The position numbers were made by a program, and so were the translations under genes. Shown here piece after piece: positions 19,008-28,993 of a DNA stretch of 64,000 nucleotides. Each line of letters opens with the position of its first letter. Positions within the stretch are counted from its first letter, which is position 1. The stretch covers positions 64,001 to 128,000 of the forward strand of contig CAVWEH010000005.1 in NCBI GenBank assembly GCA_963753975.1, given 5' to 3'. The notes under the pieces were generated by a model. It did not search any database, was not told the DNA's origin, and saw only the letters and a list, made by a program, of their open reading frames with translations. This DNA is from an uncultured delta proteobacterium (GTDB lineage Bacteria > Desulfobacterota > Syntrophia > Syntrophales > Smithellaceae).

Positions 19008-20360
19008 TCATTTTTTATTTGCCATATCATTTTTCTTCCGCTTCCAAACGTCTATTCTTTCTTTAATGGTTTTTTCATAACCCGATCCTTTCGGTCTATA
19101 AAATACTTGCCCTTGCAGTTTTTCCGGCAAGTATTCCTGCGGAACATAAGCATCGTCATAATCGTGAGCATATTTGTAATCTTTGCCGTAATCAAGTTCT
19201 TTCATTAATCTGGTCGGTGCATTACGAATATGCAGAGGCACTGGCAAGTATCCGGTTTTATTAATTGTTTCCTTGACACTGCCAAAACCCGTATAAAGGG
19301 CATTACTTTTTGGGGCTACTGCCAGATAAACAGCAGCCTGAGCCAGAGCCAGTTCCCCCTCGGGCAAGCCGATAAAGTGGAAGGCCTGCTGCGCGGCAAC
19401 ACAAATAACTAACGCCTGCGGATCGGCATTGCCGATGTCTTCCGAAGCGAAACGTATCATGCGCCGGGCAATATAGAGAGGGTCCTCTCCGGCAACAAGC
19501 ATCCGCCCCAACCAATACAAAGCGGCATCGGGATCACTTCCACGCAAACTTTTATGGAAAGCCGAGATTAAATTATAATGTTCCTCTCCGTCCTTATCAT
19601 ATAAAAGAGCTTTTTTAAGCAGGGCTTCCTGGGCCAGCGCAAGAGAGACAACTCTTTTTTCAGAAGGCAGGCTTTGCACCATTGAAGCTATAGCTTCCAA
19701 ATTATTAAGGGCGCTGCGGGCATCGCCGTCAGCCAATCGAACGATGTAAAGAATGGTATCGCGATCCATCCGGATGCCGAGCTCTCCTAACCCTTTTTGC
19801 TTATCTTTTAGAGCATTTTCGACAATGATCACCAACTCTTCTTCGGAAAACGGCTCCAAAACCAAAACCCGCGTCCGCGATAAAAGAGGAGCAATAACTT
19901 CAAAGGAAGGATTCTCCGTAGTCGCGCCGATTAATGTAATAAGGCCGCTTTCCACATGCGGTAAAAAAGCATCTTGCTGCGCTTTGTTAAAGCGGTGGAT
20001 TTCATCAACGAAAAGGACCATCTTTTTCTTTTTTGTTTCCCACAATTCTCTGGCTTCATCGATAACCGCCCGAATTTCTTTCACTCCGGAAAGAACAGCG
20101 GAAAAGCTAATGAATTTCGATCGGGTCTCGTTGGCCAGAACTCTGGCCAGAGTAGTCTTGCCTGAACCGGGCGGCCCCCAAAAAATCATGGAAAACAGGT
20201 TATCTTCTTCAATGGCACGTCTGAGTAAACAGCCCTCCCCCAAGAGATGGGGCTGGCCGATATATTCGGAAATATTCTGCGGCCTCATTTTTTCGGCAAG
20301 CGGCGCGGCAGCCTTCGTGTCATTTAAGCCTCCTAAACTGAATAAATCCAAATTTTTCAT
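19008..20360 (-). CDS. rarA: Replication-associated recombination protein A (MgsA/RarA)
   Basis: WGPPGSGKTT, DEIHRFNKAQQD and HKSLRGSDPDA motifs. Confidence 0.95.
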   Translation of the reverse strand: MKNLDLFSLGGLNDTKAAAPLAEKMRPQNISEYIGQPHLLGEGCLLRRAIEEDNLFSMIFWGPPGSGKTTLARVLANETRSKFISFSAVLSGVKEIRAVIDEARELWETKKKKMVLFVDEIHRFNKAQQDAFLPHVESGLITLIGATTENPSFEVIAPLLSRTRVLVLEPFSEEELVIIVENALKDKQKGLGELGIRMDRDTILYIVRLADGDARSALNNLEAIASMVQSLPSEKRVVSLALAQEALLKKALLYDKDGEEHYNLISAFHKSLRGSDPDAALYWLGRMLVAGEDPLYIARRMIRFASEDIGNADPQALVICVAAQQAFHFIGLPEGELALAQAAVYLAVAPKSNALYTGFGSVKETINKTGYLPVPLHIRNAPTRLMKELDYGKDYKYAHDYDDAYVPQEYLPEKLQGQVFYRPKGSGYEKTIKERIDVWKRKKNDMANKK

Positions 20361-20614
20361 TTTCTTGTCTTTGCCGCCTCAATTAACTCGATTATACTCG
20401 TCATTTTATCCTTGGGCTGAAAATTCACAACTTTTTCCCATTTCTTAGGATCTAATTTTTCTTTCAAAAACCTCCCTATGTCAGGAATAGCCATCCAGCA
20501 ACTTACAATGCGTGCGCAGGGTAACTCTCCCGCTTCCCGTAAACAGTAAGAAAAGGGGATTTCATCGCCCAATCGAGGACAGCGGATCAGCTTATTATTT
20601 ATATCCTGTTTCAT
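20357..20614 (-). CDS. Small conserved-looking hypothetical protein with Cys motif
   Basis: RCPRLG..YC..LPC..CW; stop overlaps the rarA start (ATGA). Confidence 0.7.
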   Translation of the reverse strand: MKQDINNKLIRCPRLGDEIPFSYCLREAGELPCARIVSCWMAIPDIGRFLKEKLDPKKWEKVVNFQPKDKMTSIIELIEAAKTRK

Positions 20615-20639
20615 TTTCGTTTAGATTGACGAAAAAAAG

Positions 20640-20674
20640 AAAAACCGTCAAGGTTTTTGTTCTTGACGGTTTTT
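20640..20674. terminator. Intrinsic terminator downstream of trpB2 (symmetric)
   Basis: AAAAACCGTCAAG..CTTGACGGTTTTT. Confidence 0.8.
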
Positions 20675-20770
20675 AATGAGACTCAAGTTTCAAAAGCGTA
20701 GTGAGCCCCAGATTTTAGAAGTGAAGCGTACTGAAATCTGTTGGACAAACTATCCCGCAAAGCGGGGTCC
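20674..20770 (-). repeat. Degenerate type B hairpin unit with a long loop
   Basis: TAATGAGACTCAAGTTTCAAAAGCG is near-identical to 32531; ends in ACTATCCCGCAAAGCGGGG. Confidence 0.8.
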
Positions 20771-20780
20771 ATACCCATGA

Positions 20781-22142
20781 TTAAGGTTTTGGAAAATCCT
20801 TGATCGCGTTCAGCGCCCGCTGGATCTCTTCATCGGGCAATTCATAAGCTTGTAACTTACCCGATAAATAGGCATCATAGGCGGCAAGATCAACCAAACC
20901 ATGACCGCTCCAATTAAAGAGGATTACCTTTTCCTTCCCTTCTTGTTTGGCGCGCTGAGCTTCATCTACAACTGCCGCCAGAACATGGTTAGTCTCCGGC
21001 GCGGGGATAAATCCTTCTGAGCGCGCCCATTTAACACCGGCGTCAAAAGTTTTCATCTGGTCATAAGCTCTTGGCTCAACCAGCTTTTCCATGATCAGAT
21101 GACTGACGATCGGCGCCATACCGTGGTAGCGCAATCCACCGGCATGAATCGGCGCGGGAATATAATCATGACCTAACGTATGCATGGGCAGCAACGGCGT
21201 AGTTTTTGCCAAGTCCCCAAAGTCATAAGCAAACGGTCCTTTCGTCATAGTCGGGCAGGATGTTGGTTCTGCTCCTACTACTTTTATATTTTTACCGTGA
21301 ATTTTATCGCAAACAAAAGGCAGGGCAAGACCGGCAAAGTTGCTGCCGCCGCCGCAACACCCCATAACCACATCGGGATATACGCCGATTTTCTGTAATT
21401 GTTTTTGCGCCTCCAAACCATTTACTGTCTGATAGAGCAGAACATGGTTTAAAACACTGCCCAATCCGTAACGCGCGTTTTGACCGGTCACGGCATCTTC
21501 AATTGCTTCGCTGATGGCGATTCCCAGAGAGCCGGGAGAATCGGGATGCTCCGCCAAAACATTTCTGCCCGCTTGCGTTAAATTACTGGGGCTGGGAATA
21601 CATTCGGCTCCCCAAGTGTTCATCATTATGCGCCGATAAGGTTTTTGATCATAACTGATCTTGACCATATAAACGCGGCATTCCAGACCAAACATTTGGG
21701 TAGCCATGGCCAATGCGCTGCCCCATTGTCCGGCGCCGGTTTCCGTAACCATTCTTTTTGTTCCAGCAACCTTATTATAATAGGCCATGGGAACGGCGGC
21801 GTTGGGTTTATGTGAACCTGCGGGGCTGACGCCTTCATGTTTGTAATAAATTTTAACAGGGCAGCCGAGCAGTTTTTCAAAATTATAAGCCCGGTAAAGA
21901 GGCGATGGACGCCAGAGCAAATACTTTTGCAATACTTCTTCGGGAATTTTTATCCAACGCTTGCTGGAAGCTTCCTGCTCAATAATGTTCATCGGGAAAA
22001 TTGCCGCCAGATCACCGGGAGTTACCGGTTGTAGGGTGCCGGGGTGCAAAGGCGGTTTCATCGGTGTAGGCAAATCCGCTACGATGTTATACCACTTTTT
22101 GGGTATTTCACGATCTTGCAGTAATACTTTTACCTGTTCCAT
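20781..22142 (-). CDS. trpB2: TrpB-like PLP enzyme (tryptophan synthase beta type 2)
   Basis: SPAGSHKPN, ETGAGQWG, IHAGGLRYHG and PAPET motifs. Confidence 0.95.
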   Translation of the reverse strand: MEQVKVLLQDREIPKKWYNIVADLPTPMKPPLHPGTLQPVTPGDLAAIFPMNIIEQEASSKRWIKIPEEVLQKYLLWRPSPLYRAYNFEKLLGCPVKIYYKHEGVSPAGSHKPNAAVPMAYYNKVAGTKRMVTETGAGQWGSALAMATQMFGLECRVYMVKISYDQKPYRRIMMNTWGAECIPSPSNLTQAGRNVLAEHPDSPGSLGIAISEAIEDAVTGQNARYGLGSVLNHVLLYQTVNGLEAQKQLQKIGVYPDVVMGCCGGGSNFAGLALPFVCDKIHGKNIKVVGAEPTSCPTMTKGPFAYDFGDLAKTTPLLPMHTLGHDYIPAPIHAGGLRYHGMAPIVSHLIMEKLVEPRAYDQMKTFDAGVKWARSEGFIPAPETNHVLAAVVDEAQRAKQEGKEKVILFNWSGHGLVDLAAYDAYLSGKLQAYELPDEEIQRALNAIKDFPKP

Positions 22143-22180
22143 AATTATTCTCCTTCCAATAATTGTTTGACAATGCGCCT

Positions 22181-22219
22181 AAAAAAAATGCCATGGAATG
22201 TTCTTCTTCCCATGGCATT
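22181..22219 (-). terminator. Attenuator terminator upstream of trpB2
   Basis: Minus strand AATGCCATGG..CCATGGCATT followed by a T-run. Confidence 0.85.
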
Positions 22220-22280
22220 GCCATCACTTTTTGGAATCATGGGAAGGAGCTTCCCTGCCCACACTCCTTTTTGTCCGAGG

Positions 22281-22343
22281 CTATGGGCAGACATTGTCCA
22301 AAGTCTGCCACCACCAGTTATTGTTGGAAATATTCATCAGCAT
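22281..22343 (-). CDS. Trp-rich leader peptide of trpB2, MLMNISNNNWWWQTLDNVCP
   Basis: Hand translation; three tandem TGG codons upstream of the terminator. Confidence 0.88.
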   Translation of the reverse strand: MLMNISNNNWWWQTLDNVCP

Positions 22344-22444
22344 TTTTTCAACTCAAACTTACCCTTTAAAGTGCAATTTGCCTAACACAACGAATAAATG
22401 ATTGTCAAGTCGAAAATTTAATATAAAAAGACAAGAAGTATATT

Positions 22445-23020
22445 TCATTGATTTTCAGTCTGATTATGCAATGCAAGTTCAAGAAGGTTTACACCTCGAT
22501 ACATTTGTTTCCGAAGGGCATTGTTCATCGATATGCACTCGATAAAATTCTTCCTCAAGACCCCGTCATCAAGGCGCCTCTCATCTGCTACCGGCAGCAA
22601 GGGGAAATACGCTATAAAAATCTCCGCAAATATTCCCGTCCCGTTCATCGCGTGTATCGTATTTTCATTATATATTTTAACCTGGCTAACTCCACAACTG
22701 GGAGAATCGCTTTTAAAAATAAATCCGCAAAGTGCTTGCTTCTTAAGCTGAGTAACGTGCTTTCTCGTCCATGCCACCATGCGTTTGGTCATATCCTGCT
22801 TCGTGTCGGTCGTAACTAACCGGGGGAAAGCAGGATCGCCTTCCAAATGCATCGATTCTCGCGGCACGCCAAGACCGCATTCGACCTCGGGGCAGACCGA
22901 AACATATTCTATATATCTGCCCCATGTATCCCTGAGAAAATGGTCGAGCTTGTGCCCCCCATCATAGCGCACATTTTCGCCAAGCAAGCATGAGCTTATG
23001 CCTAACTTTATTTTTTCCAT
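22445..23020 (-). CDS. DUF523 (YbbK / 2-thiouracil desulfurase-like) protein, possibly an internally deleted DUF523-DUF1722 fusion
   Basis: GISSCLLGENVRYDG, CPEVECGLGVPR and KSDSPSCG motifs. Confidence 0.85.
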   Translation of the reverse strand: MEKIKLGISSCLLGENVRYDGGHKLDHFLRDTWGRYIEYVSVCPEVECGLGVPRESMHLEGDPAFPRLVTTDTKQDMTKRMVAWTRKHVTQLKKQALCGFIFKSDSPSCGVSQVKIYNENTIHAMNGTGIFAEIFIAYFPLLPVADERRLDDGVLRKNFIECISMNNALRKQMYRGVNLLELALHNQTENQ

Positions 23021-23178
23021 TTCATTGTTCCGAGTTACCGCTAACTACATGCAGATAAAGATTGCAGACTGGCTCGGTCAGCCCTGAACATCCGTCAACG
23101 GCAGACTTAACTTATACATTCGATCAATGACGGGTATTTTATCTGTTCGAAAGTTTATCCGCTTTATTCATTATCTCA

Positions 23179-24372
23179 TTAAGCGAAAAAATCTTTATCG
23201 CGGCGATACCAATAATCGGGAATAAGGCGATACATAATCCTGGACATAGGCCCAATATATTCTCGCGTTCTTTTGTCATACTGGCAGGCCTTAATGATCA
23301 TATCTTTTATATTGTTTTTGTTGCCCACTTCATTAAATATCCGGTACGCAGAGGAAAAAAGCGGACTGTACATGTTTTTCTTTTCTAAATATTTATAAAC
23401 GTTCCTTACCGTATTGGGACCTTCCGGCATACCGTCAATTCTTTCCAATACGCGCAAATTAGTTTCAATGGGATTGCCTGTATAAAGTTCATAAAAATAT
23501 TTGCCATAGCGGTAATTTTTGCTGGCCATGGATGACATAGTCACGTACAAGTCTCCCACACCTGCCTGGCTGTGGAAAGCCTGAAAATGTCCGCCCAAAA
23601 TACGAGACAAAGAACGAATTTCCACGCCGGCACGGGCAAATATGGTGCCCGGAATAGAATCACCCAGTTCCATGGAATCAGCCATTCCCTTAATATTGGC
23701 CACGATATTTTTCAGTGCTCCGCAAGCTTCCACGCCGACAACATCAAAGTTATAATAGGTATTTAGTTCTTTTCGATTAAACTTAAGCAAATCTTCCCGG
23801 ACAATATTTGCTATTCGCCTTTTACCGGCTACAGTAAGACAAACGGGATTTCCCAAAGCTATATCCACGTCAAAAAACGGCCCGCCAATACATACTACCT
23901 GATACTTATGCTTCACTTTATAGAGGTTATTGTCGATTAGTTGTGAAGGTGTAATCAGTTCCTTGAAGATCTCATCGGAGATCAAACCCTTTATTGGAGA
24001 TATAAGACACGTATCACCAGCTTTTTTATCAATTAGTGGTTTAAGGTAATTAATGAATTCCGGCAGACGATTCATTGTTATTGCTAAAATAATGAAATCA
24101 TTATTTTCAACTACATATTCCAAATCATTTGTGGCATAAACTTTTGGTGATAGACGTGGAATATTTTCCATCCGCCCCAGGCGATTCGCTAAATCTTTCG
24201 TCAAATGAATGGGATTTAAATGATCCCTGTTGATTGCCTTGCAGACTTCCGAATCATGGTAATATATGGTTACGCGCTTTTTATCGCGTCCCAGTTTATA
24301 AGCAAAAGAAGTGCCCAGGCGACCAGGTCCGATAATAGCCACCTTTGTTGTATCAAAATTAGAAATCATCAT
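23179..24372 (-). CDS. NAD(P)H-dependent glycerol-3-phosphate dehydrogenase family protein (divergent GpsA-like)
   Basis: IIGPGRLG Rossmann motif, GVEACGALKNI, GVGDLYVT and SKNYRYG. Confidence 0.8.
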   Translation of the reverse strand: MMISNFDTTKVAIIGPGRLGTSFAYKLGRDKKRVTIYYHDSEVCKAINRDHLNPIHLTKDLANRLGRMENIPRLSPKVYATNDLEYVVENNDFIILAITMNRLPEFINYLKPLIDKKAGDTCLISPIKGLISDEIFKELITPSQLIDNNLYKVKHKYQVVCIGGPFFDVDIALGNPVCLTVAGKRRIANIVREDLLKFNRKELNTYYNFDVVGVEACGALKNIVANIKGMADSMELGDSIPGTIFARAGVEIRSLSRILGGHFQAFHSQAGVGDLYVTMSSMASKNYRYGKYFYELYTGNPIETNLRVLERIDGMPEGPNTVRNVYKYLEKKNMYSPLFSSAYRIFNEVGNKNNIKDMIIKACQYDKRTREYIGPMSRIMYRLIPDYWYRRDKDFFA

Positions 24373-24529
24373 TAATTTTACCCTTTATCACAATTTTGAG
24401 TTATTATAGGAAATAATATTCAACTGTCAAACTATAATAGCTTCTTCCAAAAGCGGTTAGATTTATCAATAATTCATTTTTTAGTTGCATTATCATAAAG
24501 GATTGTTTAAAAAAAGCTTTGTCTTCATA

Positions 24530-24577
24530 CGCTTCGTCCAGCATGCCCAAGCGTTGCTTTCGGAATCGGAGTTTTAC
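24530..24577 (+). repeat. Right half of a type C hairpin unit
   Basis: GCTTCGTCCAGCATGCC..GCTTTCGGAATCGGAGTTTTAC resembles the reverse complement of 32441-32490. Confidence 0.7.
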
Positions 24578-24658
24578 TATAAGCGATCCGCTGATGATTC
24601 GTTCAATATTTTAAATTGCTTCGGAAATCTTTAACTATGCAGTTGAGATTACATTTTT

Positions 24659-25324
24659 ATGTCCAAATCTGACGTTGCTCTAGAAGAAAAAAATTTGTTT
24701 TTCCCCAATGGATCTATAAAAGAAAGAAAATTCCTGCAGGAAGGCAAATTGGAAGGGGAATATACTTCCTACTTCAACAATGGTCAAATAATGGCGCAAT
24801 TGCACTTTATCCGTGGCAAGAAAAACGGAGCCGCGATTACATATTACCATAACGGTCAAGTGAGAGAAAAAGTAAATTTCGCCAATGACAAAATGGACGG
24901 ACCCTACATTTCTTATTACGAAAACGGCAACATCAGGGAAGAGGAAAATTACGGGGAAGGTAAGCTGGATGGCCAATATGAAATTTATTACAAAACCGGC
25001 CAGTTAAAAGAAGTAGAAAATTTTAAAAATGGCAAATTTAACGGAGAATATATCTGCTATTATAAAAGCGGACAAATTAAGGAAAAAGGATATTTTATAA
25101 ACGACAAACGCGAAGGTGAATACATAGCTTATTTCAAAAACGGGCAGATAAGGGAACAGGCTACTTACAAAAATGGAAATCTTGCAGGTAAATTTTTGTC
25201 TTTCACTGAAAATCTTTCCAGCGAACCGGGCAAAGGTAGCGACGCTTCCGACGATATTCGAGATGAAAAAGATATTGCCGCTTTGCTTCAAGATTTAGCC
25301 GGTTTCGATAAAAAAGAAAAGTGA
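24659..25324 (+). CDS. MORN-variant repeat protein (YwqK-like)
   Basis: About seven 24-aa repeats G(K)xxGxYxxYYxNGQIxExxxF/Y. Confidence 0.85.
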   Translation: MSKSDVALEEKNLFFPNGSIKERKFLQEGKLEGEYTSYFNNGQIMAQLHFIRGKKNGAAITYYHNGQVREKVNFANDKMDGPYISYYENGNIREEENYGEGKLDGQYEIYYKTGQLKEVENFKNGKFNGEYICYYKSGQIKEKGYFINDKREGEYIAYFKNGQIREQATYKNGNLAGKFLSFTENLSSEPGKGSDASDDIRDEKDIAALLQDLAGFDKKEK

Positions 25325-25354
25325 CCATGCTTGTGTTATAGAGAAAAAAATATC

Positions 25355-26194
25355 ATGATAAAGAAAATTCTTATTCCTACCGATGGCTCCACCAATAGCC
25401 TCACGACTTTGGAATATGGAATTTATGTCGCCCGTAAACTCAACGCCTCTTTAATCGGTCTTTACGTTTTGGATGTGAATTTGATCCAGGGCCCGATGCT
25501 TACCGATATTTTCGGTTCTGTCGGAATGCCGCCTTACGACGGTTTTTTCGATGCAGTGGAAATATCTCTTAACGAAAAAGCGGACTTTATTTTAAAAGCT
25601 TTCCGCGAGCGCTGTCAGGAATCAGGAATTAATGCTGAAGTAAAAAAACCAATCGGTAAAATCAATCAAATAATTATCGAAGAATCTCAAGGTGTCGATT
25701 TAATTCTGATGACGAAAGAAGGTGAACACTTCCACTTAAAGGAAGGCGGACTTCTTGGTTCAATAGCCGAAGCCGTTGTCCGCAATTCAGGGAACCCGGT
25801 GCTGATCACTCCCGAAACTTTCTTGGAAATAGAAAGTATGGGACTTGCTTACGACGGCAGCGTTCCGGCCGCAAAAGCTTTAAAACTTTCTTTGGAATTA
25901 TCCGAACAAGCTTCCTGGCCGCTGACAGTTGTGACTATCAACGAGGATGCTGATAAGGCCGATAAGCTTTGTACCGAAGCAGAGGAGCTTATCGGAAAAT
26001 ACAGTGCTGATTGCGAAATTATTATTATGCAGGGCAAAGAAGGAGAAGAAATAATTAAGTTTATAAAAGAAGGATCAGTGGAATTAATGGTCATGGGAGC
26101 TTATGGTCATAATCGTCTGCGCGAATTATTCTTGGGCAGTACGACTACTCATATCATCCGCAAAAGCCCTATTCCTGTTTTACTCACGCACTAA
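25355..26194 (+). CDS. Universal stress protein (tandem USP domains)
   Basis: ILIPTDGS, LGSIAE, MGAYGH and LGSTT motifs. Confidence 0.9.
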   Translation: MIKKILIPTDGSTNSLTTLEYGIYVARKLNASLIGLYVLDVNLIQGPMLTDIFGSVGMPPYDGFFDAVEISLNEKADFILKAFRERCQESGINAEVKKPIGKINQIIIEESQGVDLILMTKEGEHFHLKEGGLLGSIAEAVVRNSGNPVLITPETFLEIESMGLAYDGSVPAAKALKLSLELSEQASWPLTVVTINEDADKADKLCTEAEELIGKYSADCEIIIMQGKEGEEIIKFIKEGSVELMVMGAYGHNRLRELFLGSTTTHIIRKSPIPVLLTH

Positions 26195-26208
26195 TTGTAT
26201 TCTTTACT

Positions 26209-26973
26209 CTAAAGCTCTTTATCGAGAACCATTTGTTGCAATGTGTCCAGCAAATCGTATCTGGTCAAATCGTATTGAATCGGTGTAATCGTGATAAAGC
26301 CGGAAGCCAAGGCTGCAACATCTGTATCTTCATTTCGTGCCTTGGGTGAATATTCCCCGGAAATCCAGTAATAAGTATTTTCTCTTGGATCCACCCGTTT
26401 TTCAAAAGTTTCGACAATATTGTTTTTGTTTTGCCGGACAACTACGACCCCTTTGATTTTCTCGCGGGGAAGGCAGGGGATATTAACATTAATCGCACTT
26501 CCTTTAAGTTCCGGACTGCCCAAGATTAACCGGGTCATCTTGCGGGCAAACTTGGCGGCATAGGTAAAATCAGCTTCCTTATGAGTATCGAGGGAAATAG
26601 CCATTGAGGGAACGCCCATGATTACCGCTTCAGTTGCCGCCGATACTGTTCCCGAATAAAGGACATTGATCCCTGCATTAGAGCCCCGATTGATGCCCGA
26701 CACAACCATGTCCACCGGCTTTTGGGCTAACTCTTTGATGCCTATTTTGACACAATCCGCCGGCGTCCCATAAACAGCATAACCTAAAAATTTTCCGTTT
26801 TTTGTGGCGCGGCGCACCATCAGGGGACGAAAAATAGTAATAGCATGCCCTACGGCACTCTGTTCGATTTCCGGGGCAACAATCAAACAATCCGCCTCCC
26901 GGGAAAGCTCGTCATAAAGAGAGCTTAAGCCTTTGGCATATATTCCGTCATCATTAGTAAGTAAGAATCGCAT
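26209..26973 (-). CDS. surE: 5'/3'-nucleotidase SurE
   Basis: LLTNDDG, GTPADCV and SGINRGSNAG..YSGTV motifs. Confidence 0.95.
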   Translation of the reverse strand: MRFLLTNDDGIYAKGLSSLYDELSREADCLIVAPEIEQSAVGHAITIFRPLMVRRATKNGKFLGYAVYGTPADCVKIGIKELAQKPVDMVVSGINRGSNAGINVLYSGTVSAATEAVIMGVPSMAISLDTHKEADFTYAAKFARKMTRLILGSPELKGSAINVNIPCLPREKIKGVVVVRQNKNNIVETFEKRVDPRENTYYWISGEYSPKARNEDTDVAALASGFITITPIQYDLTRYDLLDTLQQMVLDKEL

Positions 26974-27028
26974 TCCCCCCAACTTTATATCTTTCGGTCT
27001 TCGGTCTTCAGCCTATCCACCTAAATCG

Positions 27029-28294
27029 CTATTTTACCTGCTCCAATTTTCCGTTATTAACTCTTAATATAAAAGGAGTCTTTTGAGCAACTCTATCCGG
27101 ACCAAAAGATATATTTCCCGTTGCGCCCTTATAATTTTCCACTTTTATTAAGGCATTGATGAATTCTTGACGCGTTTGAATGTCTTCATTTTCCAAGACA
27201 TTAAAGATTATTCCGGCCGTATCATACGCTAACGCCTCGATACTTTCCGGATCACGGCTATAAGCCGTGTAATAAGCGTCGACAAAGTCGTTTGTTTCCG
27301 GATAAAAGCTATTAACAAAAAAACTGTCGACAAAAACAGCTCCTTCCAGATAATCCGAATTATTTTTTAACAAATACGGCGAATTCCACAAGCTGGTGCC
27401 CAGAAGCTTAATGCCTTTCACATCATAAAAAGCAAGCTGAGAAGTTATCATCCTGACTCGCCGATACGAATCGGGAATAAATAAAGCTTCAAAATCAAGG
27501 GCTAATGGAGTTTTTACTTCCGGTTTTTTAGAAGACATTTTCTTTGCAGTGCTGATAAGATTGCCGGTGACTTTATCAATTTGTTCCGTAAAATCCGTCT
27601 GACTTTTGTTGTAAGGTATTGCCCTTTCCACTTTACCCCCCTCACGCACTGCTTCCGCACGGAAAATTTTCACCATTTCCTCTCCATAGTCGTCCTTCGG
27701 ATATAAAATAGAAAATATTGCGCAATTCAAATCATCCAGGGCATATTTAACTATAGCCCTGATTTGTTGGGTAGGCGTCAAGAAGTGCTGGAAGACATAT
27801 TCGCTTGAGGAGGTAATTCCTTCTTTGGAGGTTATCAGGACTATTGGAACTTCCCACTTATTAGCTTCACGGGCAGCTTCGATAGCATCCTCTGTTCCAG
27901 TGACGGCAACAATCGCCATAACATTTTCAGTATTGGCCAAATGTTCTACGGCCGCTCTTGCTCCCTCCGGCAAACCGCGGGAATCTTCCGCAACAACCCT
28001 CCACAAAGTGCTCTTTCCCCCATCAAACATACCCGCAGATAATAAAATTGCATCCAGTGCTTTGCTTCCTAAATCAGCATACGGGCCGGATAGAGGCAGC
28101 ACACACCCTAAGGTATAGCGATTATATCCGACCACCGGAGGTTTCACTGGGGGAAGTATGGCTTCCGGCGGTTTTACTTCCGTAGGCGGGCTCGGAGCAG
28201 GTTCCTGAACAATAATTCTTGGCTGGGCGCAGCAGGCGATAAAAAAAACTAGCAGCAAAATAAATATTTTGACCAAAATCCGATAATTTTTCAT
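27029..28294 (-). CDS. LppC/LpoA-like lipoprotein (periplasmic binding protein type 1 fold)
   Basis: Lipoprotein signal, Pro-rich linker, LPLSG, ALAYD and GATG motifs. Confidence 0.8.
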   Translation of the reverse strand: MKNYRILVKIFILLLVFFIACCAQPRIIVQEPAPSPPTEVKPPEAILPPVKPPVVGYNRYTLGCVLPLSGPYADLGSKALDAILLSAGMFDGGKSTLWRVVAEDSRGLPEGARAAVEHLANTENVMAIVAVTGTEDAIEAAREANKWEVPIVLITSKEGITSSSEYVFQHFLTPTQQIRAIVKYALDDLNCAIFSILYPKDDYGEEMVKIFRAEAVREGGKVERAIPYNKSQTDFTEQIDKVTGNLISTAKKMSSKKPEVKTPLALDFEALFIPDSYRRVRMITSQLAFYDVKGIKLLGTSLWNSPYLLKNNSDYLEGAVFVDSFFVNSFYPETNDFVDAYYTAYSRDPESIEALAYDTAGIIFNVLENEDIQTRQEFINALIKVENYKGATGNISFGPDRVAQKTPFILRVNNGKLEQVK

Positions 28295-28890
28295 TTTGCC
28301 TCCTTCATAATTGTCAGCATATAATCACGGGCGCGTTTGGCCAACTCAGGATTGTCTAATAAAATCGATATTTCATTATTATACTTCATCGCCGCTTGTG
28401 TAAGGTTATGGCTACCCAGAAGAACCAGCCGCTGATCGATCACGATTAGTTTTGTATGCGTCGTTTTGTATGGTGAATCGAAATAGACCTTCACCGCTTT
28501 CTCTTCCAGAAGTTTCCCCGTCTCTCTGTTTTGAATATTCAGTTCATCCGAGAGGCTGCCTGTCGTTTCTAAAATGACGGTAACCTTTACGCCTCTTTTC
28601 GTCGCTTTGGCCAAATGCCCCAGGACACGATCGGGATAACTGTTTTTGTGCACACCGACTTTAAAAGAAAATATCGACATGAAGATTTCGCTTTGCGCTT
28701 CGTCAATGGCCTTTAACAACGCCGGGAAATAAGCTTCATTGGTCAGAAGAATCGCCTGGCATCCGGGCTGATCAGAAGAAATTGTATTAAGCTTTTCTCC
28801 GGCAAATGCTGACGATAATGACGCAATTACAAAAATTAAGCCGCAGAGCACAACAACAATATTTTTCTTGCCTGAATCAAAGCTGCTCAT
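28291..28890 (-). CDS. Single-domain phospholipase D family (Nuc-like) secreted protein
   Basis: HTKLIVID..GSHNLT..NNE (HKD motif); signal peptide. Confidence 0.88.
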   Translation of the reverse strand: MSSFDSGKKNIVVVLCGLIFVIASLSSAFAGEKLNTISSDQPGCQAILLTNEAYFPALLKAIDEAQSEIFMSIFSFKVGVHKNSYPDRVLGHLAKATKRGVKVTVILETTGSLSDELNIQNRETGKLLEEKAVKVYFDSPYKTTHTKLIVIDQRLVLLGSHNLTQAAMKYNNEISILLDNPELAKRARDYMLTIMKEAK

Positions 28891-28941
28891 AGTTCCTCTA
28901 ACTTATATTATTGTATAATATTTCTTTGTATTGGTCGATAT

Positions 28942-28979
28942 AAAAAAGCCCGAAACTGGAATCCAGTTTCGGGCTTTTT
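28942..28979 (-). terminator. dnaK terminator
   Basis: AAAAAGCCCGAAACTGG..CCAGTTTCGGGCTTTTT. Confidence 0.88.
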
Positions 28980-28993
28980 ACTTCAATTCTTCG

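Noticed and set aside
26993..27013. Three heptamers TTCGGTC-TTCGGTC-TTCAGCC upstream of surE
   Set aside because: Too short to support a function; possibly a low-complexity relic.
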